From Dimorphilus gyrociliatus (taxonomy: Eukaryota > Animalia > Annelida), in assembly GCA_904063045.1 (NCBI GenBank), contig CAJFCJ010000020.1:860916-924915 (forward strand): 64,000 nucleotides of DNA, in the 5' to 3' direction. Below the pieces are notes generated by a model. It had not been told where the DNA came from. It was given only the letters and a program-made list of their open reading frames with translations, and ran no database searches. Position numbers and translations under genes: made by a program. This document shows, piece after piece, positions 1-13,633 of this stretch; positions within the stretch are counted from its first letter, which is position 1; every line of letters starts with the position of its first letter.

Positions 1-1574
1 TCCGGTTTCAACTCCGATGACAGTTAGAAATGATATTTTATTAATTGGCTGTTCAGGACTTGGCATGTTTACGGGTCGATTGATGTGGTAGATAAGCGTG
101 AAAAATGAGAGGGGGAATAGATTAAATTTACTGATACAGCTTGTAATAAAAAATTTAGGTAAATTGTTACTTATTTCTAAGGTATATAGTAACAATTTCT
201 CAAGATTGGGTTTATATCATTTCTTAACAAAGTACGTAGAGGATAGAAGCTTTCAAGTAGTCTTATTTGCTAATTCATCATTCGTTGTAACTTGTGAAAA
301 AGTCGATTGTACTGAAGCCCAAAGCTATTGTTAATGAATTTTAATACCTCCATTCTTGGGGGAAATAAATGCATTGAAATCGCTACGGTAAAAGGGAGTT
401 TTTTTTGGATAATATTTATATATATATATATACTATACTGTATATATATTTATAGATATATCAATATATCTTTTATTTTTCAATATTAACACTATGGTTT
501 TTTGAAATGCTTATAACGTATTTACGCCTTCGCGATTGATTGCATTCTCACTTTGCTTGCTCAGATCACCGTATAGTCTTTAATTGAAATTCCTCCGTTG
601 TCCATGAGTATCTCGATTGAATAAAAGTTCTTCATTGGCCATTACAGCGCAAACTAGAATTTACTCGATAAAATAAAAATACCCTAGGTTCACTTTCACT
701 AGATACAAAGAAACGTCTGTCCAGGTACTCAACGGGACGTCTCAACGATAGCGCGGGATGGGTATATATTATTTATAATACCTGAATATTTATGAACTAA
801 GGTATTTCTGGAATTTTATTTTAAACTTCCAACCGAGGAGGGATACTTCACACATTAAATCACGTGACCGCAATTCCAAAATGAACTGTGGGCACCTCTC
901 AGTGGAAAACCTTTGAACATATGTCGGAAGTAACACGCGACTAGAAAGAATGACAGTAAACGATTTAAATATACAAATAATACTTCAACTTGTGTATAAA
1001 AAACGCATTTGTGTCTCAATGGAAGTGAATTATAATAAAGTGAGCGGTGGGAAAAAAGAAAAGTGTTCAAAAAACCTTTCCGTAACCCCTTTATGCCTTT
1101 GTAATTTTTTTAAGCCCTATATATTATTGCCTTATGTTATTTCAGTTACCTTACTAAATTTTCAGTTTCTAAGCCTAGCTCTCAATATTCTTTTGATGTC
1201 TTTACCTATCCGCGAAACATCGAAAAATATTGCATAACGCTATTTGACAGCGTGAGAAACTTTAAATCACCAAAAATGAACAAAGATTCAAAACATGAGC
1301 TTTTTTCTAGTATTTCTTTTATTCTGTTTGAACCATTGTTCAACATGTTTAATCTGTACCAATCGGCTTTGTTATTTCGACGGTGATCTATTGTAGTAGA
1401 TAAATTAGTGAAGAACGCAAGATGGCATCAATAGTCGATAGCAATATAACAACAATTCGATAGGTGGCGACACCTGTTGGATAAACATGGTAACACTCTG
1501 TCGTCGAATCAGCCTTTAAAATAGTTTACTTTTAGTTTTTTTTACTATATAATTAGTTTTTTTTATATTTACAG

Positions 1575-1955
1575 AGCATTTCGGTACCTGAAAGAATGCG
1601 CCGGAACGCGAATGATTGCTGTGGGCGGTTTCTTCTTTTCAGTTCCATGCTTCTTAATAGGTTTGAGATGGACCATAAATGCTAAAGCGAACAACACTAA
1701 TTCCACTTTCTATTCACAGCTACTCTTCTTTATATCCTTCTTGAATTTCGGACGGCGTCTGCAATTATAGCAATAGTTGTCTTTACAGTTGGCGTAGCTT
1801 TTGTACTGGCCACGGTTGTGCACTCAATCTACTTTTGGAGATGTGAAAAAGCCGACGTAGACTTGGACGAAAAAACGAAACCGACAATGAACGGTGCTTT
1901 ACCTCGTAAGGCGGAACAATCAATTAGCCATTGTGAATTGTCGACACTCGTCTAA
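1575..1955 (+). CDS. TMEM221: Last two coding exons (1575-1660, 1720-1955) of a TMEM221/Jiraiya-family membrane protein; upstream exons not resolved
   Basis: A 59-nt GT-AG intron (1661-1719) joins the frame ..AFRYLKECAGTRMIAVGGFFFSVPCFLIA|TLLYILLEFRTASAIIAIVVFTVGVAFVLATVVHSIYFWRCEK..ELSTLV*. This gives two TM helices with the pattern recalled for Jiraiya/TMEM221 (FLxDCxxxRxxAxGxF..LxxYxLLxF..xxH) and a C-terminal class I PDZ ligand (T-L-V). Absent from the ORF track because it is split by the intron. Confidence 0.7.
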
Positions 1956-2689
1956 AGCAATAACGGAGGGCGGACAGAAGAAAGTTATAAAAAAAAAATC
2001 CTAAAGAGAGAGACAGAGAGAGAGAGACACAGAGAAAAAGAAGATGAATGAACGAAGAAAATGAAAAAAGTGAATAAAAAGGGAACAATAATGTTTTCTG
2101 GTGCCAATAATATATTATTATTTTTTATTTGCTACTAATATTTTTACGCATAAAAATTGTCTGCTTTTTCACTTTTGAACGATGATTTTTTGTAGTTTTT
2201 ATTATTATCATTACTATTATCGTAAAAGATATGTTTAGTAGTTTGAACAACAGTATTAAGGAAACTGAAAAAATGAAAGAAACAATATCTTTCTCTCTAA
2301 TTTTTATATTATTTCAATAAGAATAATGTAAAGAAAAGCGTAATTTTCTCTTTATTATCATACAATATGTATTTATATGGTGGACTGCGGCGCTGTATTT
2401 CAAAAAGGAAATTGAAGAACGAAAGCGTCATCTATTGACGGGAATACAAGTAAATAGAGGAAAAACGTTGGCTTGCTGCCCAAGTTTCTTATTTACATAT
2501 AGTCTAGACCTATAGTCATATACGAAACAAATTGCGGTTAAAGTGCTTCCTCCATATTACATAAGCTTGAAACATCTTTTATGTAATAAATATTGCGTAG
2601 GACATTCTAAGCTCAATCATATTTACTGTGTATTCAATTTTTTAAGATAGATGTCTATTTTGGCTATTCAACTAACTGATAGGCGAAAC

Positions 2690-2756
2690 ACCGGATGTTT
2701 ACAGGTGAGAGTAGGTGATTAATCGCTGGTGCCACATCCGGTACGATACATCCGGC
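2690..2756. promoter_or_regulatory. Cluster of three ETS-type sites (candidate enhancer)
   Basis: ACCGGATGT at 2690-2698, ACATCCGGT at 2734-2742 and ACATCCGGC at 2748-2756, in a locally GC-richer patch with no convincing coding frame. An E-box CAGGTG lies at 2702. Confidence 0.5.
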
Positions 2757-4334
2757 CTATGAGAAGAGGCCGCCTTCTTCAAACACTAATCCGATTGTTT
2801 AGATAGTGGACGCCGGTCTAAAGGGTGTAATTGGCGAATTTTTTTATTTTAGAGTAGTTTATGGAGTCGTTGTGGGGGGTTGAGGAAAGTGGTTTTTCAG
2901 CTCACTTTTCATGTACTTGAGGAAACGGACCTTGAAGTTGTTAAACTATGTTTTTTTTCCGCTCCAGTTGGCAATATGCCAGCGATAAAGTAATAACATA
3001 ACTGAATGTATATAAGAATATATATATATATATATTCTAGTATACAGTAGACAAATATAACTACATTCATACAGACATAAATATAGACACAAATATACAA
3101 TAAAGCGTATATACAATATGCTGGTATGATTGTATTTTGTAGAATCTTATATATGTATATCAACACGAATACATAACAATTCCCCGATCGGATTAATTCT
3201 GTTAATACGTATTTAAAATAAATGTAGATAGAAATCAAAAGGAATGCAAAGCGTAATCAAATTGGCGCTGCGAATCGTATATATCGACCGTGTGCATATA
3301 CATTTATTATTCGTTATACAATCGAGGAAGGACGTTTATCGATTGTTAGACTATCGATAAGGGCAATAAACGTTTTACATCGCCGCGGTTAAGGCTTGCT
3401 ACATAATGTATATGTAAATGGAAGAGGTGTGCTCTAGTCGTTCAATAATTTGTCTGACGCTATAAATAAGTAAAAGACATTTATGTTTTTTCTTTACTTT
3501 TAATACTTAGTTTTGCGATAAGGAAAAGAATAATAATCTTAAATGTAGTTAGTCCTATTGGACACTTTTCTAAGTAGGACAAAACAAAATTTAAAGGCTG
3601 CTCTAAAAAATCGTTAGTCTCGGCCCAAAGTTTTAAATAGACAAAAATATACACCCTTGTCTACAGCTCATATCCTCCCTGACTGTTTTTCGATATATTC
3701 CAAGTCTTTACTATTGACCCCGTGTAGTATACGGTGAATAAAGTATAGAAAAGGGAAATAGCGCTATTCGTTCAATCAGTATTAAACAGGAAGTATGACT
3801 AGGTCGGTCTGAATGCTTGTCTATTCAATGTAGAAAAAAAAAGAGATAAACAACTCTAAAATATGTAAACTAAATAAGCCGTTCATTGGAAAAGAAGCCA
3901 AAAAAAAATTAATCCATTGTTTGTTCTCTTCAGAGTAATTATTAAAATATTCACATTAATTACAGTATTCTCTTCTCTTTTCCCATTAATTCTAAATGCT
4001 ATTTACCACAGAAACAAAGTACGTAAAAAAAGAAGGGAAAACAGACAAAACGGGGGATAAAAATTAATAAAAAAAATAAAAATGCAGGTTGTTATTCTTT
4101 TTTTTTGGGGTTTTTCTTTTGTCTTCCTCTCTTCCTTTTCGTTTCTCTCATTATAAAATATTCTATCTTATGTGTTGTGTTTTTTATTCTTTTTCCTTTT
4201 TTTGTACCGAGAGGATGAAAGAGAAGAGCAGAGAACAATGTTTTTTTGTTTTTGTTCGGTTAGAAAACAAGATTAGAAAGACTTTTTCCATATAAAAAAA
4301 TGTAGAGACAAATGAGTTTTGAACAGTTGAAAGG

Positions 4335-5688
4335 TCACCGATTAAATTGAATAGGTGATGTTGAAAAGTAGCCGCAGGGTGATATTGAGCAATCACCTGA
4401 GCTGGAATTAGAATTTGATGACGGACTCGCTGATTTCAATTGGGCTTCGAAATCTAATAGTTGTCCCATGAAGTTGAAGTTAGGTGAGATGGACGGTTTA
4501 ATCTTTCTAACAAATTCGTAGGCATCATTCATTGACAGATTCAAGTTGTGCATTAGGTAAGCAACAGTCACGGTAACTGATCGACTTATCCCAGCTAGGC
4601 AGTGTACTAGAACATTTTCTTTCCTTTGTCGGCCTTCGTCTGAGATATAGAAAGAAAGAGAAAACATTTTTGAATAAGGTTTTTATATGTTCAGCTTCAA
4701 ATAGAATAAAAACTTAAAGAATTCAAGTAGAATATATTTTTAACTTGTAGAATATTGAAAGAAAAAATATAAATACAACTAAAAAGTGAGATTAAAGTGA
4801 GATAAAAAGAAAAAAATATAATCGCGATTAGATTAATAGTATATCTTATTACTTACCGATAAAAGATATGGCTTGCGCAAAATAATTACAAAGATTCTCA
4901 CTCCAATGATCTGTTATCGGTATTTTCAAGTATTCCACGTCACCGTCTTCTTCGAAATAATTAGGGGAATCGCGGGTAACATTTACCACTCGGCTGATTT
5001 TGTGTTCTCGTAAACATTCCCTATCTTCTGCATTTGATGCGTTTCCGAGGAATAGATTAGGTAGGACCCTAACCGGAAATGGTTCGCCTTGTCCTCCGTT
5101 TTTTTCGCAACGGTTTGTTGGTGTTTCGTAATCAATTGAATGACTACTTATGCGTAGGTTGGTCAAGCCTACGCTAAGACTAGCTTCACCATCTCTTTCG
5201 CACAGTTCCGGAAATTCAGTAAAAAAATCTTGGAAACCGCCTGTAATTAATAAAAGTAGTAAAGTAAAAAAAAAAAAAAAAGATATCTAGGTCGCACAGT
5301 TAAGCCGTTGCACTAAGACGTATACCTTACCTTTCAACGTAAATGCGGAAAATCCTTCCTCAGTTAATCTCCTCATCAGTACGTTTGCCAACGCACTATT
5401 GGCACATAGGTTTTCATATAGGAGAACTTTAGATGATGGTTTCAAAGATCTTCCAACTACAGAAGCTATTCCAATTTTATTATTACTTAATCGTTTTAAC
5501 ATTAAGGTCGGAACGGAAATGTTTTCGGCTCCTCTAATTCTGCTTTTAACGAAGTCCTCTGGTGATCTTAAATCGAATATGGCACAAGCTTGTCCTTTTT
5601 TCACCATAGAGGCCAACCACGTATTATTTTTCGACAAATCTTTATCGGACAGAGCCTTTTTAACGTTATTTCGCCTACCAAGTGTCAT
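4335..5688 (-). CDS. DUSP6/7: Dual-specificity MAP kinase phosphatase, MKP3/DUSP6-7-9 type; exons 5688-5331, 5240-4857, 4639-4335; 348 aa
   Basis: All splice junctions are GT-AG and in phase. N-terminal rhodanese-like domain with the KIM-like LMLKRL, then [12 protein letters not shown], general acid DHWS, catalytic [10 protein letters not shown] and [18 protein letters not shown]. Confidence 0.95.
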
Positions 5689-6025
5689 CGTAGACCGAAT
5701 ACTATTCCCTCAATGACTGCCTTCGACATCCGACTCAATGGCGCAAGTCACGTGATAAAATCTTTCGAGCGCTCATTGGTCGCTTTATTTATAAAAAGCT
5801 ATTCGCCTTGTCCCGTGTACTAATAGGCTTAATTTCCTATCTCTATAGCTAATTTATTTACGCAACTTAATCTAATAGATCTGGACGGAAGGCGTGCGAT
5901 AACTTGTCGTTCTAATTTTATTTAATAAATATCTAAAAACAGAAAGAAAAAACACACAAACACACAACTTATCTTTAAAGAGCAAAACTAACAACAAAAA
6001 GGAAACGTCTTGTGTTTTGGTCACG

Positions 6026-6043
6026 ATAGGTGGCGCCATCTAT
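6026..6043. promoter_or_regulatory. Two overlapping inverted CTCF-like motifs between the divergent DUSP and GPCR genes
   Basis: ATAGGTGGCGCCATCTAT contains TAGGTGGCGC on + and TAGATGGCGC on -, sharing the GGCGCC core. Confidence 0.55.
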
Positions 6044-7361
6044 TAATAACACGTACAACTTCTGTATGGCCTTGTATTGAAAAAATTTCATAGTAACATT
6101 ACTATAAGTATTCTGAAATTATAATATGAGATATGTAATCCGAATCTTAATCGTTTTCTAGAAGGTCACTTTCAAAAGAGGAATTAGGCTATTTTCGCAT
6201 AAATTCTATAGATATTCTATATAGCTAAGATTTATTAGCGCTAATAGGAAATTTGAATTTGTTCAGATAAAACAATAAAAAATAAAGTAAAAACTTGAAA
6301 TCTATAAAATTCATGCAAAAAAGTAGATAAATAAACATTAGCTATTTCACACATGAATTATATTTATGTATCGAGCGTCATCTAGTGTAAAACCAGTACT
6401 TTTAGTTTATTCATCATTCACTCTCAACGAAACTTAACGGTAACAGGGATGATTGTGAACTGTAACATATGCTACATAGTTTAAAAATATTCAAAATGTG
6501 AACGGCTTTTGACTTAGATATTCCCCAGCGAATACTTAATTACCAGGTAAGGTAACCCTAGGAATCATAATTAAATAGATGTATTGAATCTGTAAGATCT
6601 TGTTTAACTTTCTTTAAAATGTAAATATATGATTGCTTAAGACATTAATGAAGCATATTAGCTGTGTTCTTAGTAATTAATAATAAATGAAATTAAGTTT
6701 GTATATTAAAAAGGTAATAAATGCAAAATAAACAGATTTTATAAGTATGTATATAAAGGGATTCCTAGTCATCATTTACATAAATAGCTATTTATCAGCC
6801 TTGCATGGAATTAGGTAAGAGTGATAAAGTGAAGAAGAGGAAATTAAAAGAGAGAATATATATTTCTGAAAAAGAATAGCATTACATTAAAAATAATAAC
6901 AACACATGTATAAATTTATATATAAGTGTGGATATAGTGCATAAAGTTAAATAATATAAGCAACAAGAGATATCTTGTTTATAACTTAGGGATATTTAAA
7001 CAAAGAAAACTCAAGTATTCTTTATCTGCAAAGGCGTAAGTTAACGTATTGTGGAGACTTTGCCATTCTTCTTTATACAATAGGTTTAGCCTCTACAGCA
7101 ACAAATTTCCATAGCATGATATTTCAATATTTATTATTGTATGTGTCAAAAATCACGCTAGTAGCACAACTTATATCAATTTCATGTAATTATATAATAG
7201 TATGATTAAAGAATATACAGTATATCCAATATATGGAGTGTTTTAGCTCTAGTCCTTGATGTTAATTTCGAGAAATTTTTCTGCTTCATTTCGCCTAACT
7301 TTGTTGTTGAACATTTATAAGACTCTCCTAAAATTTCAGGGAAAAAGAATTTTAGCTAAAG

Positions 7362-8545
7362 ATGATAAACAACTCCTCAAAAGAAATGGCTTTATCTGAT
7401 TATGTTGAATATAGGATCAGTATCCAGTTAATAACGTATGGATTTCCCTGGATAATTATTGCAGGAACTATTGGTAACCTTCTATCTTTTGCTGTTCTCT
7501 TGAGACCCCGATTGAGGAATCAAAGTTTTTATACCTATCTTGCATGTCTGGCGATAACCGATACTTGCGTCCTTTATTCTAGTGCCTTTAAAACTTGGAT
7601 GAGATCGGTTACCGGTTACGAAATACTTCATGATTCTGCAATCGGATGCAAACTGTTCATGTTCATTTTACTCTCATCTATGCATTTATCAAGCTGGTTT
7701 TTAGTTCTTCTCACGTTCGATAGATTATATGCCGTTTGCAGACCAATGAAAGCATCTCAAATGTTTAGGGTGAGGAGAGGAAGGATAATAGTTATAATAA
7801 CGTTGAGCATATGCTTTATCTATAATTCTCATGTTTTCTGGACGTATAAGCTAGAGAACAGAAGGAGTACGTCTCATTGCGTTTCCAAGGATGAGTATAG
7901 ATTTTTTATGAAAAAAATCTTTCCTTATCTGAAAATGGTGACATATTCTTTTCTACCATTTGGTCTAGTACTTGTGATGAATGTAATGATCATTTATAAT
8001 CTTATGAGAAGAACGGCCAAGTTTTCTGGTACTATGTCACGGAATCAAACATCAACTACTTCTGGACAATACAAAGTTATTACTTTACTACTGACAGTCT
8101 CATTCACATGGTTTTTTCTAACGGCTCCAGTTTCAATATGGAGTGTCGTTGGTTTGTACAGAGGTACAGGAGATATGGAACAAAAAGCTGCTCAACTTAT
8201 TCCTAAAACTATTGTTTTTGCTCTCATGTACTTAAATCATGCTATCAACTTTTACATTTATTGGTAATTATTTTATTACAAATTAATTAACTTAATTCTT
8301 TAGCCTATTGTAATTTCAGCGTTACGGGCAAAAAGTTTCGTTTAGAATTAATGGCTTTTCTTTCGTGTTTTACGCGATCAAGCAAACGAAAGTATTGTAA
8401 GAGCAACGAACTAAACTCAAGAATATCACGGCAACAAACACAAAGACTAACATGTTATTCGTATCGAAACGAGGCTGGAATAGTTCAAATGATAGACTCA
8501 ACTGAAAAGAGTAAATTAACTACTAGCCTATCGACTAGTGTTTAA
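7362..8545 (+). CDS. Orphan class A (rhodopsin-like) peptide GPCR, FMRFamide/TRH-receptor-like group; exons 7362-8263 and 8320-8545; 375 aa
   Basis: Seven hydrophobic segments, GNLLS (TM1), LAITD (TM2), FDRLYAV (DRY variant) and LPF (TM5). Removing a 56-nt intron restores TM7 INFYIYCVTGKKFR. A probable 5'UTR intron spans 7036-7339. Confidence 0.92.
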
Positions 8546-11500
8546 CTGCAAGATTTATCACACTGATTTCAATTTCTTTTATCTTTTATGTATTTTTGTA
8601 TTATTACTGTATCAATGTCAAATATAACATAATCAGAAAAAAATTACAAAAGTCTCAACAAAAATACTTTAAACATAGCGTATTTTTCGGTACTGAAATG
8701 AAACTATCTTCTAGCATTGCCAAGAAAGCTGAACTTTTGACATTTTCTACTGTTAAACAAATAAATCGCTACCTACCTTATATTACACAAATCTGTAACT
8801 ACGATTTTAAGCACATTTTAAGCTAAAAGAAGTTCCATATAAGGGTTCCTTTTTTTTGGCCAAATATTCTACTTTGTTTACCATTTTGCTGCTAATTCTC
8901 TTTATGTATTAACAGGTTTAAAGCTATAAGATAAAAGAGAAATAAATTCGCTGGGGCTTTTTTTATCAAGAAGAATTAATTTAATTTGACAAAATGCATA
9001 TTAAATTTATGTTTAATGCAATATGAAAAATACTATCTGTTAATCCTTAGAGATATCAGAATTTTACAAATGAAAAATATAAACTCAAGTTACTTCCTGA
9101 ATGATCTTTAAGTTAACTTCATTTTAATGGATTTCTTTTACCTATAGAAGACATCTTGAAGAAAGCCGCTGAAGTAAAAACTCTCCCGAGTTAATTGGTT
9201 TCTTTATAATCTCCAGCTGACTAAGGATAAAGATTATATCAAAGAAATCAAACATTTTAGCTTTCCTTTTGGAATTGTCAACATATAAAATAATAAAATA
9301 TAATAGAGCAGCATTGACAGCCTTTCAAAGTTATTGTACAGTCATTGTATAAGATCAGCCTCTATTATCTTTTATAAAGTTTTGAAATTGCACGTAAACA
9401 ATTCTTACTTAATAATAAAAACATGTGAAATGTATGACAAAATACTTTTATCACATTTAATTATAGTATCACTTTTAATGTAGAAACTCATATCGAAAGA
9501 AGGTAACAGCTTTAAGAAAAATTAATAATTCATTTTTAGCTGTGATAACCTCTTTTAATGAGGTTTTGGCTAAGCATATACATTCAATTTCATTATGTGA
9601 CGATTTATTGTTATCAATTTGCAGAAGAAAAACATTATAATGAATATGAAGAGAATGATTAGTACTTATCTATTTTACATTTTCATTCTCGTTTCTCTTA
9701 AAGGAAAGAATACTTGTTGCTAAATCCAACAATATAGACCAAATAATTATCCTAGGATAAAATTATCAATAATGGTATTCTCGAGATAATTTCCTAATTG
9801 TCAATGAAGAGAGTCACGGTAAATTGTTTATTAATCTCTGACACGAGGATTCGTAACACTAATTACATATTGCATCAACTTATACACTCCAATCGTGAAA
9901 ATACTAAACCTTACTGAAATTGATATCAGATTACTTTAATTTAATCCTACATTCGTCTTTAGTCTATAAAGAAATTAAATCGAAAATTTTCGTCATATTT
10001 AAATATATTTGCATATCAAACATATTTAGCTACCATACTTTTTGAAAAGCTAACTACTTCAACCAATACGAGATTAAATTACTACTTATATATAAGTTCC
10101 TACTGGCTAAGAGACTTTCCAGCTCCTGGTAGATTTTTAATTATCTAGGATTGCCAGGAAGACACGTTCATAATTTCTCGTATTGGCAGAAAGGCAAAAC
10201 GTTAATAAAATTATTAAAAAGTTCATTCCATCATTACTTTGTAGCTAGAAGATTTTTCAAAGGAGAAAGATCTTATTTCTCTTTTTTGCGAAGTAATCAC
10301 TGAAGCAGAGTTTGAAGGTTATTATTAACCAAAATATATTTCTTTTTACTGAATGCTGTAATGGCTTGTTATATAGCCTTCGTAAGCGTATGATGTTATT
10401 AATTTCTAATATGTCTTTTTCACTTTGCCTTTGAACATTGACTTTTGAGATATATGATCTGCTCTTTTTTCAGTTTGGGAATAGCATATAAAAACAAGGG
10501 ATGGTTTCTTGAGAAATACCTTAGAAAACAAGGTTGGAAAATGATAATCTTTTGGATTAAGGTATTGACTATATTTTCTTGCTATTCTTATAATTCTATT
10601 CAATTCTAAAAATAGATAGCTTTTTATATTTTTCGAAGACCATTTGATGATAATGATAGTAGCTCTTATTTGATTCATTTTGTGAAATCACACACTTAAA
10701 TATACCATTATAGTCACATTTACAACATTTTGATACAATAGATAGCTATAAAGATGCGTTTATCGATTTTGATAAGCTTTTGAGATAAATATATCAAATA
10801 TCTTTTTTTGTAATAACACAAAAACGATGAGAGTACTTAATCAGAAGAAACGTAAGTATTTGTTTCATTTGTTGTGGAGCAATATCCAAATTAGAATATT
10901 TCCTTGTTTTACACTATAAGGGTTTGCTACTTTATTAACATACAAACATCACAAAGTGATATACAGTATAAGATTCAACATATGTCATGAATGCCTATAA
11001 TACTAAAGTTACAATTCTACTATACAGTATAATCTGTATTTAGCTGTGACAAACAAAGGCTTGATATAACTAACAGAATATGTAATAAATATTACATCCT
11101 TTCTTTATTGTACGCTGTATTAATATTCATCTGTATTATACTACTTTCTTTATTCTCTTGACTTATTAGTGAAAGAAGAAAACTTCAAAATAATCTATTT
11201 TGAAATATATTACATTCCTATAGAGAATAAAGCTTTTTAGGAAATAAGACTTAGAATTCCTGCATAAGCCCATTAAACTTTCTAAGAGTGTTAAATGAGA
11301 GCTAGATGCCATTTCTTAGAGAACAAATGTAATAATATTAATAGAATATTGTGGAAAAAAGTTGGACGACTTCTAGTTGATGAGAAAGTACAAAATAGAA
11401 ACAAAGCTATATTAGCTGTTTTGTAAACTCTCTTACAATAAACAAGAATGATTTCGAATTGATTTATTTGATTACATTTTTAAAAAATTATTGAAATAAT

Positions 11501-13480
11501 AGCGAATAACTAAATCTATATAAATGTAATTCTTCAGTCATAGGCTTCACTTTAAGATTCTTAAACCTGCTTAAACTTTATGGAGAAAAATAAAATTCTG
11601 CTATTTTAATATATTTATGCAATATAGTTTTTTTTGTCCATATAAAAGTGTATGATTTCCTTTACACAAGGGTAGTTTTTCCCCCAGGATATTCACCCAT
11701 TATATGCTTTAGATAATCTAAAAAAAGACACTTATTTGTTGAGTTTAACTTAGTCGCTAATATTGCGAAGTCTTTTAAACATCTCAACAGAGAAGTTTAA
11801 ATAACTGTACATAAACCTCGCGAGTACAGAGATTAAGGGCTAATATGAAAATTTTTGAAAGCTGGCTTGGAAGTAGCCCCTTTCTGGAGAATTTTATTCT
11901 TCTATATGATTTATAGACCATTAATTTATCATAAATATTCTATATTTAAACACCTCTTTGGTTGTTAATCTAGTTATTCTATATTATATGATATGAAAAA
12001 TCTAGCTGTATCCTTCTTTGGATTTAAATTTGATCGATTATGTGCCTTTCTTCGTGCATTATAATGCTTATTTATCATAGACAAATTTCACAATAGCAGC
12101 GAACGCAACAAATTATTTATAAAGTATGAAGTTTTGAAAAATGAATAAGTTATACTCATACGTTTACGTCAATGAGGAAATAATAAGGCGCCATCTATTG
12201 TCTTCGTTGACTTTATTGCTTCCGGCGACTTTTTGTTGTATCCTCACGAATTGCAAATGCTTGTTAGTGTGATTGAAAGAAAAAGAAAACAAGAGGCTGG
12301 GCTTGAGTAGTCCTTAAATTAGCCAAAGTTTGTTTTTGTACTTACTCTCGCCCTTCAGAACTGACGAAGATTATTGACATAATTGTCGATCGTCTGAACC
12401 CCTGAATATATTTGTATATGTATCTACACGTTGTTAAGTTTTCTTTCGCTTAATGAATGCGCATTTAGTCAAAAAACTCTTTAAAATCCAGTACAATCTA
12501 TAAACAAAAAGAAGTTTTGTTTTGCCACCGGCTTATTTATTTATAAACCCCTCTTGGGATCGTTCAATTTGTAAGGATATGAATTGAATAGGAATGTACT
12601 AATTAGAAGTTTATGGACTCCTTTGTTGCATTTCGATATATAGATCAAAAAGAGTTTATATTGTTACTATAGTAAAAATAGCATATCTATACCTACGTGA
12701 ACGAACAGGAGTTAGGCGACTGTTATGGAGTTTTTAAACCGATATATCAATACTTTATGACGGGAAATTCGTAATTCAGATCACGATGAGTTTGTGAGCT
12801 TGTATTAGTATAAAAAGTTATAAAAAGGAACGGTTGTAGTCAGAGGTCAACTTCTATTAAAATACGAAAATCTACGTATAGATTTACCTTCCATAGATAT
12901 GAGACTATATGAATTGAAATCTACCCTTAATCTCTCACCTTCTTTCTAACACCTGAATTATAAAAGCTTATGAGAAAGAATTTGACAATTTGGTAAACGT
13001 TTGAAGCGTTTACTGATTTACATTCAAAGAAAAGATCGATTATGTAATAAATCTAGAGGCACGTTCGATATATAAAATAATCGTATTCAGAACCATATGC
13101 TTTGTAATCCACTATAATCAACTATGTTTACTAATGCAATATCCTCTCTTATCCACCTCCCTTTAAAAATTTTAACAGCTTAATTACAAATATGATATTA
13201 CTTAACAAGTGTCGTATGGAAGGATTGTAGTCGCTTAGATTAACTATTACCTAACAATTAATATTTTTTTGAGTGTTATCAATATTTTTCAAATTACACT
13301 TTTTTCATTCTTTCATTCAATTTTATGACTTCAAGATTAATTTGGATTTGAGTGGGGATTAAATAGGCAAGATAATCCCGTGTTAACGGATTCAAATGAG
13401 AGTTTCACTACTTATGTAAACCATTCAATATTCGTTTGTTCAATAAGAAATTCTTTGGGGCAGTAAACAATTAAATATGA

Positions 13481-13490
<10 letters not shown>

Positions 13491-13540
<50 letters not shown>
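13491..13540. repeat. (AT)25 microsatellite
   Basis: Perfect dinucleotide run, read directly. Confidence 0.95.
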
Positions 13541-13542
<2 letters not shown>

Positions 13543-13633
13543 ATAGCTTATTTATTTATTTATTTATGATAATTATTGATTTTGAATACAAGCTTATTTC
13601 GTTAATATTAAAATTAAAAATGGACTATTCATA

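Noticed and set aside
1-215. Open minus-strand frame running off the window (..MPSPEQPINKISFLTVIGVETG)
   Set aside because: It could be the start of a neighbouring gene, but it is too short and has no recognisable motif.
2909-3238. 109-aa ORF rich in I/Y
   Set aside because: Translation of TA-rich low-complexity DNA.
5399-5823. Two + strand ORFs overlapping DUSP exon 1
   Set aside because: Antisense shadows of a real coding exon with no protein-like features.
7362-8545. Idea that the orphan GPCR is the receptor for the peptide at 51630
   Set aside because: They are 43 kb apart and nothing in the sequence links them.
8596-13400. Short ORFs and exon-like patches in the long intergenic region
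   Set aside because: No consistent splice chain or recognisable protein motif.
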